From contig JADJUF010000037.1 in the NCBI GenBank assembly GCA_016717005.1, forward strand, positions 759,011 through 791,010: a stretch of 32,000 nucleotides of DNA, in the 5' to 3' direction. The notes below the pieces were generated by a model. It was not told where the DNA came from. It did no database searches and was given only the letters and a program-made list of their open reading frames with translations. The position numbers and the translations under genes are program-made. This document shows, in pieces, positions 7,051 through 15,458 of this stretch; position 1 is the stretch's first letter; each line of letters starts with the position of its first letter. This DNA comes from Myxococcales bacterium. GTDB lineage: Bacteria > Myxococcota_A > Polyangia > Haliangiales > Haliangiaceae.

Positions 7051-9330
7051 CTACAGCGACTCGGTGTTGGCGTACGGCGCGAACGTGCGGCACTGCTGGC
7101 CGCGCAGCGACGGACACGGCGGCAGCGGGCTGGGGATGCTCACGCCCGGCACCACCGGCAGCACCACGCTCGACGGGTGGTCGCCGTCGTGGCCGATCTC
7201 GTAGACCACGTCGCCGCTGAACGGCTTGTTGAGGAAGAACCACTCGGCGCGGCTGCCGCCGGGGGTGTCGACGGTCACGCGCAGGCGCGAGCCGGCGCGG
7301 ACCGCGTGCTGGATGCCGGCGGTGCCGACCCGCACCTGGGTCCACGCGCCCGGCACCAGCGGCGCCGCCAGGGCCTGCGTGAACGCCGGCGCCGGATCCA
7401 GCTCGGTCGCGCCGGGGCCGCTGCCGCGGAGGCTGGCCCGGATCCAGCCCGACTGGATGTACATCTCCTGGCCGTCGGGCCGGATCTCGGTGAGGTTGAC
7501 CTCGAGGTCGGCGTCGTCGACCGGCGACCGCAGCCACAGGTCGACCGACGCGGTGCCGTACATGACCGTGTCGGCGGCCAGCGGCGCGCTGTCGAACACC
7601 ACCGCCGAGCCCGCGGCCGGCTGCGGCCACCGGTAGTCGGGGAGCACGTCCCAGACGTCGCCGCCCGGCGCCAGGATGCTGACGCGGCCCGCGTCCGGGT
7701 CGAGCTTGAAGGTGAACGGGGCGGCCAGCGCCGTCGGCGTCGCCGGCAGGAGCGCGCCGTCGGGGTGCGCGTACAGGCGCAGCGGCGTGGTGCCCGGCGC
7801 CGGCCAGCGCGCGAACGACTGCTCGAAGGTCGGCACCGGCTCGCCGATCGTCAGGCCGCCGGCGCCGCTCTCGAACAGCGCCCGCAGCGGCGGCTCGGCC
7901 ATCCACTCGCTGACCGCGGCGTCGTAGCTGGCCGCGTTGACGAACCGGCTCGCGTCGATCCGCATGTCGTTGACGCCGAACACCGTCTCGTAGAGCTGCG
8001 GCGCGATCGCCCGCGACACCGGCAGATCGATCGGGACCCGCTTGGCCACGAACAGCTCGAGGAACGTGCCCCACTCCTGGAGCACCGCCGGCTGGAACGC
8101 GTCGATGTGGACGCCGTTGTAGACGGTCATGCGCAGCGCCGGCGAGCTCGTGAACTTGTCGAGCATCGTGAAGAAGTACGGGCCGGTCTGCTCGTCCTGC
8201 CAGGCGCTGGCGAGGAACACCGGCACGTTGATCTTGTCGACGAAGGTCGCGAGGTTGAAGCGGTCGTGCTCGGCGGGCACGTAGTAGCTGATCTGGCGCG
8301 CCTGCTCGACGTTGTCGATGTACTGGCCGTGCAGGAGCTGGTTCTCGGCGCACACCGTGTCGCCCTTGTCGACCTGGCTCTGCTCCCAGCCCTGGCCGTA
8401 GGGCTTGGCCTTCGAGATCACGTTGGTGATCCACGCGGTCGCGAAGCCATCGTTGAGGATGCCGCCGGGCAGCATCGTGGTGTTGGCGGCGCCGATCACC
8501 GACAGCGGCGCGATCGCCGCCAGGTGCGGCGGCTGGGTCTGGGCCACGAACAGCTGCGTGATGCCCGGGTACGACAGGCCGACCATGCCGACCTTGTTGT
8601 TCATCACCCACGGCTGGGCGCCGACGGTCTCGATCACGTCGTAGCCGTCGAGCAGCTGCATCGTCTCGAAGAAGTCGAACGCGCCGCCCGAGCAGCCGGT
8701 GCCGCGGATGTTGACGTTGACCGTGGCGTAGCCGAAGAACGACGCGATCAGCGCCGACGGATCGTTGGGCGCGTCGCAGATCGACGGGATGCCGTCGCAC
8801 AGGCCCGCCAGCGAGCCGTCGCCGATCGGCTCGCCGGGCTTCGACGGCTCGTAGCCGGAGTAGCTGACCACCGTCGGGTACGGCGGGTCGCCGGCCGGGA
8901 ACGTGATGTACGCCGACAGCGTCGTGCCGTCGCGGGTGCGGATGTACTGGTAGCCCTTGGTCAGCGCCTGGTCGCTGTAGAAGCGCGGCTCGACCTTGCT
9001 CGACTCGACCGACATGACCTCGAACGAGCGGGTCTTGAGGGCGGGCATCGCGGTGGTGGTCTTGATGACGTAGCCGTCGCCGGGGGCCAGGCCGCGGAAC
9101 ATCAGGCTGCCGAGCTCGTCGGTCGTGCCGACGGCGACCTGGGCGCCGGCGCGGTCGAACACCGCCAGCTCGGTGGCCGGCGGCGCGTGCGTGACGTGGA
9201 GCTGCTGGACCGAGGGCCGCACGTCGAACGGCGGGACCTCGTCGTCGCCGCAGGCGGCCACCACAGCGACGGCGGCCAGCAGGGCGCCGGAGATGAACGA
9301 TCGCACGAGAAGTCGCATGGCGCGCAGCAT
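7051..9330 (-). CDS. CocE/NonD-family hydrolase (X-Pro dipeptidyl-peptidase S15-like) lipoprotein
   Basis: Inside ORF 7051..9831-. ATG 9330 (or 9318) gives MLRAMRLLVRSFISGALLAAVAVVAACGDD. GxSYxG nucleophile motif in MVGLSYPGITQ. Long C-terminal beta-sandwich-like region. Confidence 0.9.
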   Translation of the reverse strand: MLRAMRLLVRSFISGALLAAVAVVAACGDDEVPPFDVRPSVQQLHVTHAPPATELAVFDRAGAQVAVGTTDELGSLMFRGLAPGDGYVIKTTTAMPALKTRSFEVMSVESSKVEPRFYSDQALTKGYQYIRTRDGTTLSAYITFPAGDPPYPTVVSYSGYEPSKPGEPIGDGSLAGLCDGIPSICDAPNDPSALIASFFGYATVNVNIRGTGCSGGAFDFFETMQLLDGYDVIETVGAQPWVMNNKVGMVGLSYPGITQLFVAQTQPPHLAAIAPLSVIGAANTTMLPGGILNDGFATAWITNVISKAKPYGQGWEQSQVDKGDTVCAENQLLHGQYIDNVEQARQISYYVPAEHDRFNLATFVDKINVPVFLASAWQDEQTGPYFFTMLDKFTSSPALRMTVYNGVHIDAFQPAVLQEWGTFLELFVAKRVPIDLPVSRAIAPQLYETVFGVNDMRIDASRFVNAASYDAAVSEWMAEPPLRALFESGAGGLTIGEPVPTFEQSFARWPAPGTTPLRLYAHPDGALLPATPTALAAPFTFKLDPDAGRVSILAPGGDVWDVLPDYRWPQPAAGSAVVFDSAPLAADTVMYGTASVDLWLRSPVDDADLEVNLTEIRPDGQEMYIQSGWIRASLRGSGPGATELDPAPAFTQALAAPLVPGAWTQVRVGTAGIQHAVRAGSRLRVTVDTPGGSRAEWFFLNKPFSGDVVYEIGHDGDHPSSVVLPVVPGVSIPSPLPPCPSLRGQQCRTFAPYANTESL

Positions 9331-9450
9331 GGCACAGCTGTCGGCGCCTGGGCGAGTCGAGTTCGGTGGCGCGCCGGCCGCGTGCGCGGCCTCACCCGCG
9401 GACGGCGGGTGCCAGGGAATGAGCGCCGCGGTGGGCCGGGTTGGATCCAC

Positions 9451-9942
9451 ATGCGCCCGCGTCCCTGGTCCCGGCTCGTCGTCCTGGCGCTGGCGCTGCT
9501 GGTCGGGTGCGATCACGCCACCAAGCTCGGCGCCGAGCACGCGCTGCGCGACGGCGGACCGCGCCCGGTGATGACCGGGATCGATCTCGCGTACCACCAG
9601 AACCACGGCGTCGCGTTCAACCTCGAGCGCGTGCTGCCGGCGAGCGGCCGCACCGCGGTGATCCTGGTGGCCGGCCTGGCGGCGCTGGGCTTCCTCGGCG
9701 CGGCGCTGTGGCGGCGGCGCGGCGCGACGTCGCTGGCGGTCGCCGGCTACGTGCTGGTGCTGGCCGGCGCGCTCGGCAACCTGATCGATCGCCTCGCGCG
9801 CGGCTACGTCGTCGACTTCATCCACGTCCACCGCTGGCCAGTCTGGAACGTCGCCGACGCCTGGGTCGTGCTCGGCGTGGCCGCGCTGCTCGTCGCCAGC
9901 CTGCGCGAGCGGCCGCCGGCCGCGCCGACCGCGCCCGCGTGA
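9451..9942 (+). CDS. lspA: Lipoprotein signal peptidase (signal peptidase II)
   Basis: This is the tail of track ORF 6400..9942+, starting at ATG 9451. Motifs present: DHATK, NHGVAFN, LGNLIDR, VVDF and WNVADA. About four TM segments. Confidence 0.9.
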   Translation: MRPRPWSRLVVLALALLVGCDHATKLGAEHALRDGGPRPVMTGIDLAYHQNHGVAFNLERVLPASGRTAVILVAGLAALGFLGAALWRRRGATSLAVAGYVLVLAGALGNLIDRLARGYVVDFIHVHRWPVWNVADAWVVLGVAALLVASLRERPPAAPTAPA

Positions 9943-9995
9943 GCCGGGGCCGCTGAGTCGGTGGCCCGCCCGGGTCGCCTGCGATACCGTCGGAC

Positions 9996-10622
9996 ATGGC
10001 CCTGCGCACCCGGTTCGCCGCTCCGTTCGTGATCGTCATCGCGGGGGCCAGCGCCGGCGGCTGCGGCGACAGCACGTCGGGCGCGACGCACCCCGCGCGC
10101 GCGCCGAGCTGGCAGGTGCAGCGCACGCCGACGGGCTGCGAGGCCATGCCCCGGGTCGACTGCCCGCCGCCCGAGGTCGCGACCTGCAACCCGCCGCCGC
10201 CGCTCGCGATCGCGTGCCCGGCCGACGCGCCCGCCGGCGCCTTCCAGGTGATCGAGCAGCCGCCCGGCCACTGCACGATCGACGGCACGCAGATCGCGCT
10301 GCCGTGCCCGCGCTACGATCAGCCGCCGCCGCCCATCGACGCCGCGGTCGCCGCCGCGCCGAGCCGCCGCTGGGACGTGCTGCGCCGCGACCGCGAGTGC
10401 CTGGCGCAGGACGACCCGTGCGCGCGCCGCGTCCGCGCGCCGGATGAGCCGATACCGCCGTGCAACCCGCCCGCGCCGATCAAGATCGCGTGTCCGCCGG
10501 TCAGCGTGGTCGCGATCAGCGAGCAGGCGCCGGGCACCTGCGTGACCGTCGTCGCCGACTGCGACCCCGGCGTGAAGTGCAACCCGCCGCCGCCCGAGCC
10601 GATCGCCTGCCCGACGCCGTGA
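9996..10622 (+). CDS. Cys/Pro-rich lipoprotein with CNPPPP...IACP repeats
   Basis: ORF 9996..10622+. N-terminus MALRTRFAAPFVIVIAGASAGGCGD. The element CNPP(P/A)P-x2-3-IACP occurs three times. Confidence 0.7.
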   Translation: MALRTRFAAPFVIVIAGASAGGCGDSTSGATHPARAPSWQVQRTPTGCEAMPRVDCPPPEVATCNPPPPLAIACPADAPAGAFQVIEQPPGHCTIDGTQIALPCPRYDQPPPPIDAAVAAAPSRRWDVLRRDRECLAQDDPCARRVRAPDEPIPPCNPPAPIKIACPPVSVVAISEQAPGTCVTVVADCDPGVKCNPPPPEPIACPTP

Positions 10623-10635
10623 GCCGAGCGCTCAC
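10619..10635. terminator. Hairpin joining two convergent stop codons (GTGAGC-cgagc-GCTCAC)
   Basis: TGA 10620-10622 and TCA 10632-10634 lie in the two 6-bp arms. There is no U-tract. Confidence 0.35.
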
Positions 10636-10859
10636 TCGCGGGTCGGCTGCTCGCGCGCGCCGGCCTCGACCAGCGCCGCCTTCTCGTCCGATGTGATCGA
10701 CGCGGTCAGGCGACCGAAGTCGGCGCCCCACACGCCGGCCCAGCTCGCGACGCGCGCGCGGGTCACGTCCGCCGACGCCATCGCCAGCGGATAGACCAGC
10801 ACGGTGGCCGGGTCCTTGGTGCCGAGCAACCCCAGGATCTGATGGACGCTGCGAGCCAT
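10632..10859 (-). CDS. Small hypothetical protein (75 aa)
   Basis: This is the tail of track ORF 10632..11549-, starting at ATG 10859: MARSVHQILGLLGTKDPATVLVYPLAMASADV... It has a strong G/C third-position bias. I recognise no motif. Confidence 0.45.
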   Translation of the reverse strand: MARSVHQILGLLGTKDPATVLVYPLAMASADVTRARVASWAGVWGADFGRLTASITSDEKAALVEAGAREQPTRE

Positions 10860-10949
10860 GCCTGCTCGTACCGCATCGGTACGACATGCCGTGATCGCGC
10901 GCACGCACGCGCTGGCTCCGGGCGCCGCCGCGTCCAGTACGCTCGGTCG

Positions 10950-11399
10950 ATGACACCGCTCGTCCAGGCGATGACGCCGCTCGCCCCATCGCCGCGCGCC
11001 TGCGCCGGTGGGACCTCCCGCGTCGCCGCGAAGCTCGTCGGCAACCCGGGCGACGAGCTCCGCGTCCGGGCGTTCCGCGGCGCGCTCGCCCTCGCGCTGT
11101 CCCTCGCCGCGTGCGCGGGCAACAGCGCGGCGGCCACCGACGCCGGCGTGTGCAGCACCTGCACCGCTGATGAGATCTGCATCCAGGTGATGCACTCGAA
11201 CATCGACGACCCCTGCCAGTCGCTGGGCTTCTCGTGCGCGCCGCGGCGCCCGGAGTGCGTCGGCGCCACCTGCACACCGGGTTGCGACTTCTGGCAGTGC
11301 GGCGACGGCACCGACGCCGGCATGCTCAGCTGCTCCGACCTGCGCACCAGCCAGTGCCCGAACGCGATCTCCGGCGCGCTCCAGTGCTGGGGCCCGTGA
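10950..11399 (+). CDS. Cys-rich secreted lipoprotein (hypothetical)
   Basis: ORF 10842..11399+. In-frame ATGs at 10950 and 10971 precede RVRAFRGALALALSLAACAGN (lipobox). The mature part has 14 Cys. The start codon is uncertain. Confidence 0.6.
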   Translation: MTPLVQAMTPLAPSPRACAGGTSRVAAKLVGNPGDELRVRAFRGALALALSLAACAGNSAAATDAGVCSTCTADEICIQVMHSNIDDPCQSLGFSCAPRRPECVGATCTPGCDFWQCGDGTDAGMLSCSDLRTSQCPNAISGALQCWGP

Positions 11400-11471
11400 C
11401 CGCGTAGCCCAGCGGATCGACGATCGCCGCCCGCGGTGGACAGCGCGGTCGCGCCCGCCGACCATCGCGCG

Positions 11472-11852
11472 ATGGACGCCAAGCAGGTCATCGTGATGCG
11501 CAAGGACCTGAACATGCGCAAGGGCAAGATGATCGCCCAGGGGGCGCACGCGTCGCTCAAGGTGCTGCTCGACCGCGGCGCGCTCGCCGGCGATGGCTTC
11601 GCCTTCACGGTGACGCCGGCGATGGCGGCGTGGCTGGGCGGGCGCTTCACCAAGGTGTGCGTCGGCGTGGCCTCGGAGCAGGAGCTCGAGGACGTGGCCG
11701 CGCGGGCCCAGGCCGCCGGGCTGCCGTGCGCGGTGATCGTCGACGCCGGGGTGACCGAGTTCAAGGGCGTGCCGACCCGCACCTGCCTGGCGATCGGCCC
11801 GGCCTGGGCCGACGAGGTCGACGCCATCACCGGCGCGCTGCCGCTCCTGTGA
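11472..11852 (+). CDS. pth2: Peptidyl-tRNA hydrolase, PTH2 (archaeal/eukaryotic-type) family
   Basis: ORF 11436..11852+, ATG 11472. MDAKQVIVMRKDLNMRKGKMIAQGAHAS ... TKVCVGVASEQEL ... IVDAGVTEFKGVPTRTCLAIGP matches the PTH2 signature as I remember it. Confidence 0.85.
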   Translation: MDAKQVIVMRKDLNMRKGKMIAQGAHASLKVLLDRGALAGDGFAFTVTPAMAAWLGGRFTKVCVGVASEQELEDVAARAQAAGLPCAVIVDAGVTEFKGVPTRTCLAIGPAWADEVDAITGALPLL

Positions 11853-11959
11853 CCTCCCGGTCGCCGGGCTCCCTGGAGCGGCGGTCCGGAGCGCCCGGCT
11901 GCCCGGTGAATCGCCGACCAGCGGGATCGTCTATCCTTCATCCTCACCTGGAGCCCCCC

Positions 11960-12586
11960 ATGACGCCCCGCTGGATCACCCCGCTCCTCGCCGCCCTCGC
12001 GCTGTCCGGCTGCGCCGAGAAGAAGGCCTCGCCGCCGGCGCCGACCGCGGCGCAGCGGGCGCCCGCCGGCGTGCAGCCTCCGGGGCCGAGCCGGGATCGC
12101 CGGGTGCCGATCCGCCCGCGGCCGCAGCTGCCCGACCGGCCGGATGGCGCCGACCAGGCGCCGAGCGATCGCGCGGACCGCCCGTGGGCCGGTCGGGGTG
12201 ACCCGCGCAGCCGCGAGGAGCGCCAGGCCGCGCGCACCGAGCGCCGCGCCGAGATGATGGACATGTACGACGCCGATCAGGACGGCGCGCTGTCGGACGC
12301 CGAGCGCGCCGCGATGCGCGAGAGCCGGGTCGTCGACATGATCGGGCGCCTCGACGCCAACGAAGACGGGCGCCTGACCGAGGACGAGTTCGCGCAGTTC
12401 GGCGCCCGCGGCCGCGGCCCCGCGCTCGACTTCGCGACCGTCGACGCCGACCACGACGGCGCGATCAGCGCCGAGGAGATGAGCGCGGCCCTGCCGGCCC
12501 GGGGGCCTGGCGATCGCCCGCCCGGCGCCCGCCCGGGCCGCCGCGGCTCCGATGACGGCGCGCCGCCTGCCCCGCCGACGCCGTGA
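11960..12586 (+). CDS. EF-hand calcium-binding lipoprotein
   Basis: This is the tail of track ORF 11630..12586+. ATG 11960 has GGAG 8 nt upstream. N-terminus MTPRWITPLLAALALSGCAEKK (LSGC lipobox). Three DxDxDG loops: DADQDGALSDAE, DANEDGRLTEDE and DADHDGAISAEE. Confidence 0.8.
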   Translation: MTPRWITPLLAALALSGCAEKKASPPAPTAAQRAPAGVQPPGPSRDRRVPIRPRPQLPDRPDGADQAPSDRADRPWAGRGDPRSREERQAARTERRAEMMDMYDADQDGALSDAERAAMRESRVVDMIGRLDANEDGRLTEDEFAQFGARGRGPALDFATVDADHDGAISAEEMSAALPARGPGDRPPGARPGRRGSDDGAPPAPPTP

Positions 12587-12597
12587 CGCGCGTCAGA

Positions 12598-13139
12598 TCA
12601 CGGCGCGCCAGCTGCGCGTCGGACGCCTGATCGCGCAGCGGGTCACGGCGGGCCCGCCCGTGACCTCGTAGCGCGAGGCGCCGTCGAGCGCGTGGCCGTC
12701 GCGGACGCCTGATCGCGCCGGTCACGGCGCGCGCGCCCCCGTGACCTCGTAGCTCGAGGTGCAATCGATCGCGTGGCCGTCGCGGACGCTCACCGCGCGG
12801 CGCGTCACGGCGCGCGCGCCCCCGTGACCTCGTAGCTCGAGGTGCAGTCGATCGCGTGGCCGTCGCGGACGCCTCACCGCGCGGCCGGTCACGGCGCGCG
12901 CGCCCCGGTGACCTCGGAGCTCGAGGTGCAATCGATCGCGTGGCCGTCGCGGACGCTCACCGCGCGGCGCGTCACGGCGCGCGCGCCCCCGTGACCTCGT
13001 AGCTCGAGGTGCAGTCGATCGCCTGGCCGTCGCGGACGCCTCACCGCGCGGCGGGTCACGGCGCCCGCGCCCCCGTGACCTCGTAGCTCGAGGTGCAGTC
13101 GATCGCCTGGCCGTCGACGGCGCCGTGGGCCCGCGCGGT
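12598..13139 (-). repeat. Seven tandem units (45, 79, 83, 84, 83, 84, 84 bp) reproducing the last ~27 codons + stop of gene 13056..13574
   Basis: Units start at the TCA at 12598, 12643, 12722, 12805, 12889, 12972 and 13056 (the last is the real gene end). Units 3+4 and 5+6 form a 167-bp higher-order repeat with 4 mismatches. The two distal units are degraded. The array fills the convergent gap to the EF-hand gene. Confidence 0.95.
13054..13080 (-). terminator. 8-bp GC-rich stem-loop with the stop codon in its 3' arm (GGTCACGG-11 nt-CCGTGACC), repeated in every 83/84-bp unit
   Basis: Arms are 13054-13061 and 13073-13080. In the mRNA the arms cover codons E-V-T-G and P-stop. The same stem (7-8 bp) recurs at about 12721, 12804, 12888 and 12971. 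There is no U-tract. Confidence 0.45.
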
Positions 13140-13574
13140 CGCGACGCCGGTGATCGCGCCGTCGGCCAGCGCGCCGTCGGCGCGGATCAGCACCTCGACC
13201 GCGCCGCCCTGCTGGGTGCCCCAGCCGCCCACGACGAACGTGCCGTCGCCGTCGAGCCCGCCGGCGAGGCGGTCGAGGGCGAGGCTGGAGGTGTCGAGCA
13301 CCAGCCGCCCGTCGGTCTGCGTCACGTCGGCGCCGCCGTGATCGACCTCGCCGACGTCGCACAGCGACGCGGTGAAGCTGCCGACCTTGACCGTGCACCG
13401 CCCCGCGCACGCGCTGGTGTACAGCGTCAGGTCGTAGCTGCCGGTCGCGTCGGCGCCGGTGGCGTCGCCCGGCGGCAGGTCGGCGACGTCGACCCGCTCG
13501 AGCAGATCGCCCGGGCCGCCGCCGCAGCCCAGCGCGAGGGCCGCGAGCGCGGCCCAACCGCGGGCGCCGGTCAC
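13056..13574 (-). CDS. Hypothetical lipoprotein
   Basis: Inside ORF 13056..13832-. GTG 13574 gives VTGARGWAALAALALGCGGG (signal peptide + Cys). This GTG overlaps the upstream gene's TGA (13571-13573) as GTGA. Confidence 0.7.
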   Translation of the reverse strand: MTGARGWAALAALALGCGGGPGDLLERVDVADLPPGDATGADATGSYDLTLYTSACAGRCTVKVGSFTASLCDVGEVDHGGADVTQTDGRLVLDTSSLALDRLAGGLDGDGTFVVGGWGTQQGGAVEVLIRADGALADGAITGVATARAHGAVDGQAIDCTSSYEVTGARAP

Positions 13575-14212
13575 GGCGCGTCCGCCAGCGCGAGGGTCAG
13601 GTCGAGATCGCGCACGATCACGTCGCCGAAGTTCCAGATCGGCCCCGCGACCCGCGCGTCGACGGTCGCGACCACCGCGGGCCCGTCGGCGGTGACCTGC
13701 AGCTCGAGCCCGACGTCGCCGATGCGCTGGCTGGCGAACGGCAGCACGTCGCCGTCGTCGGCCCGCAGCGCCCAGTCGAGCACCAGCTCGACCGTGGTCG
13801 ACGTGTCGACGCCGGCGCCGTCGGCCCGCCACGCCGCGACGCCGTCGCGCTGGGTGCCCAGGCGCAGGTGCAGGTCGGTCAGGTGCAAGACGCGGGTCGT
13901 GTCGCCGAGCGCGTGCTCGAGGTCGACGTCGTCGAGATCGATCGTGAGCGCCTGGACCGCCAGGCGGTCGTCACCGACCGCGCGGACGACCACCTGGCCG
14001 CCGCGCACCCCGGGCGTCACCGGTCGCGCCACCCCGGCCTGGTCCGCGGTCAGCGCGACCGCGCCGCCGCGCAGGATCGGCAAGGCGGCGCCCGCCGCGA
14101 GCCGGCCCTCGAGCGCGCCCGCGGCGGGCCCGTCGGCCCCGTCCACGGTGCAAGCGCCGAGCGCCAGCAGGCACGCCGTGGCCATGATTGATTGAACGTT
14201 CATTCGGTTCAT
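13571..14212 (-). CDS. Hypothetical lipoprotein
   Basis: ORF 13571..14212-. N-terminus MNRMNVQSIMATACLLALGACTVD (lipobox LGAC). It has a 4-nt overlap with the next gene, so an operon is likely. Confidence 0.75.
   Translation of the reverse strand: MNRMNVQSIMATACLLALGACTVDGADGPAAGALEGRLAAGAALPILRGGAVALTADQAGVARPVTPGVRGGQVVVRAVGDDRLAVQALTIDLDDVDLEHALGDTTRVLHLTDLHLRLGTQRDGVAAWRADGAGVDTSTTVELVLDWALRADDGDVLPFASQRIGDVGLELQVTADGPAVVATVDARVAGPIWNFGDVIVRDLDLTLALADAP
14190..14205. promoter_or_regulatory. Operator-like 16-bp AT-rich palindrome, copy 1 (GATTGAACGTTCATTC)
   Basis: One of four copies of GAaTGAAC/ATTCATTC in the window. It overlaps the first codons of the lipoprotein gene that starts at 14212. 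A half-site ATTCATT also lies at 14218-14224. Confidence 0.5.
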
Positions 14213-14284
14213 GCATCATTCATTGATCACGATCCTGGCCTCAGTCAACTGTTTTGTTTGGGACTTGACATGGCGCACAGATTC

Positions 14285-14300
14285 ATCTGAACATTCATTC
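14285..14300. promoter_or_regulatory. Operator-like 16-bp palindrome, copy 2 (ATCTGAACATTCATTC)
   Basis: It ends 8 nt before the TetR start codon. A perfect TTGACA hexamer lies at 14265-14270, so the motif sits where a -10/TSS would be expected. Confidence 0.5.
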
Positions 14301-14308
14301 GGTACCAG

Positions 14309-14914
14309 ATGGCAGTCCGTGACCCCTCCGTCGCGCCCGTGGGCGACAAGTACGACGCGATCCTGGCCGCGGCCCTGCGGCTGTTCGTCGATCGCGGCTT
14401 CCACGGCACCGCCGTGCCCGAGCTGGCCCGCGCCGCCGGCGTCGCCGCCGGCACGATCTATCACTACTTCCCCGGCAAGACCGCGCTGGTGAACGTGCTG
14501 TACCGCCGCTGGAAAGAGGCGGTCGCGCGCACGATCTACGCCGCGTTCCCGGCGACCGCGACGCCGCGGGAGCAGTTCGCCGCGATCTGGGGCGCGATGG
14601 CGACGTTCGCGCACGATCAGCCCCACGCGTTCGAGTTCCTCGAGCTGCACCACCACCGCTCGTACCTCGACGCCGAGAGCCTGCGCCTCGACACCGGCCT
14701 CCAGGATTTCGGCGCCGGGTTCGTGCGCGCGGCCCAGGCCGCGGGCGTGGTCAAGGCCGGCGATCCGCACCTGCTGATGGAGCTGGTGTTCGGCGGGTTC
14801 ACGCGGATGATGCGCGCGCACTGGGAAGGCCGGCTGCCGACGCTCGACGCCGCGACGCTCGCGCTGGCCGAGCAGGCCTGCTGGGACGCGATCGCGACCC
14901 ACGCCGCGGGCTGA
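14309..14914 (+). CDS. TetR/AcrR-family transcriptional regulator
   Basis: ORF 14309..14914+. N-terminal HTH region ILAAALRLFVDRGFHGTAVPELARAAGVAAGTIYHYFPGKTALV. Confidence 0.9.
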   Translation: MAVRDPSVAPVGDKYDAILAAALRLFVDRGFHGTAVPELARAAGVAAGTIYHYFPGKTALVNVLYRRWKEAVARTIYAAFPATATPREQFAAIWGAMATFAHDQPHAFEFLELHHHRSYLDAESLRLDTGLQDFGAGFVRAAQAAGVVKAGDPHLLMELVFGGFTRMMRAHWEGRLPTLDAATLALAEQACWDAIATHAAG

Positions 14915-14971
14915 CGCGCCCGTCCCGGGCGTCGACCGGATCTGCGAACGCGTGCCTGGGGCCGTGGCCGA

Positions 14972-15445
14972 TCAGGTCCGCGCCAGCGCGTCGAGGCACA
15001 GGCGCTTGAGCTCGTCGGCGAGCGCGGCGTCGCGGCGCGCCAGCCCGAGCAACCCGTCGACCAGCGCCGGCGTCGGGATCGCGGTCAGGGCCTGGCGCAG
15101 CAGGTCGACGCCGCGCTCGGCGTCGACGCGCTGCCGCTCGAGGTGCGCCAGCGTGATCGCGACCGTGTGCTTGCACAGGTGGCGCTCGAGGCCGACCGGG
15201 CACGTGCACGCGTAGGCCAGGCCGTCGGCGCGCACCCACAGCCGCACCGCGTAGGGCGCGCGCGTCGCCTCGGTCGGGCGCACGACGCCGCGCAGCTCGC
15301 CGGGGCCGGCGATGACCTCGGCCACGCGGCCGGCGGCGAAGCAGCGCTCGCCGCGCTCGAAGGTCCGCACGCCCGCGATCGTCGCGATCGTGCCGCGGTG
15401 CAGGATGTTGGCGATGCCGGTGTCCACGCGCCGACGATCGCACAC
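14972..15445 (-). CDS. SWIM zinc-finger domain protein
   Basis: ORF 14972..15445- (GTG start; alternative GTG at 15427). CxC-x(n)-CxH motif in YACTCPVGLERHLCKHTVA. Confidence 0.8.
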   Translation of the reverse strand: MCDRRRVDTGIANILHRGTIATIAGVRTFERGERCFAAGRVAEVIAGPGELRGVVRPTEATRAPYAVRLWVRADGLAYACTCPVGLERHLCKHTVAITLAHLERQRVDAERGVDLLRQALTAIPTPALVDGLLGLARRDAALADELKRLCLDALART

Positions 15446-15458
15446 GCCGGCCGGGCGG

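Noticed and set aside
12598-13139. The tandem arrays (also 6340-6512, 15459-15722 and 24707-25071) interpreted as CRISPR arrays.
   Set aside because: The units abut each other with no unique spacers, unit lengths are 41-84 bp, the sequences derive from the adjacent gene, and no cas genes are present.
12598-13139. The arrays interpreted as template/variable repeats of a diversity-generating retroelement.
   Set aside because: Mismatches between copies are not adenine-specific, the copies are directly tandem, and no reverse transcriptase gene is in the window.
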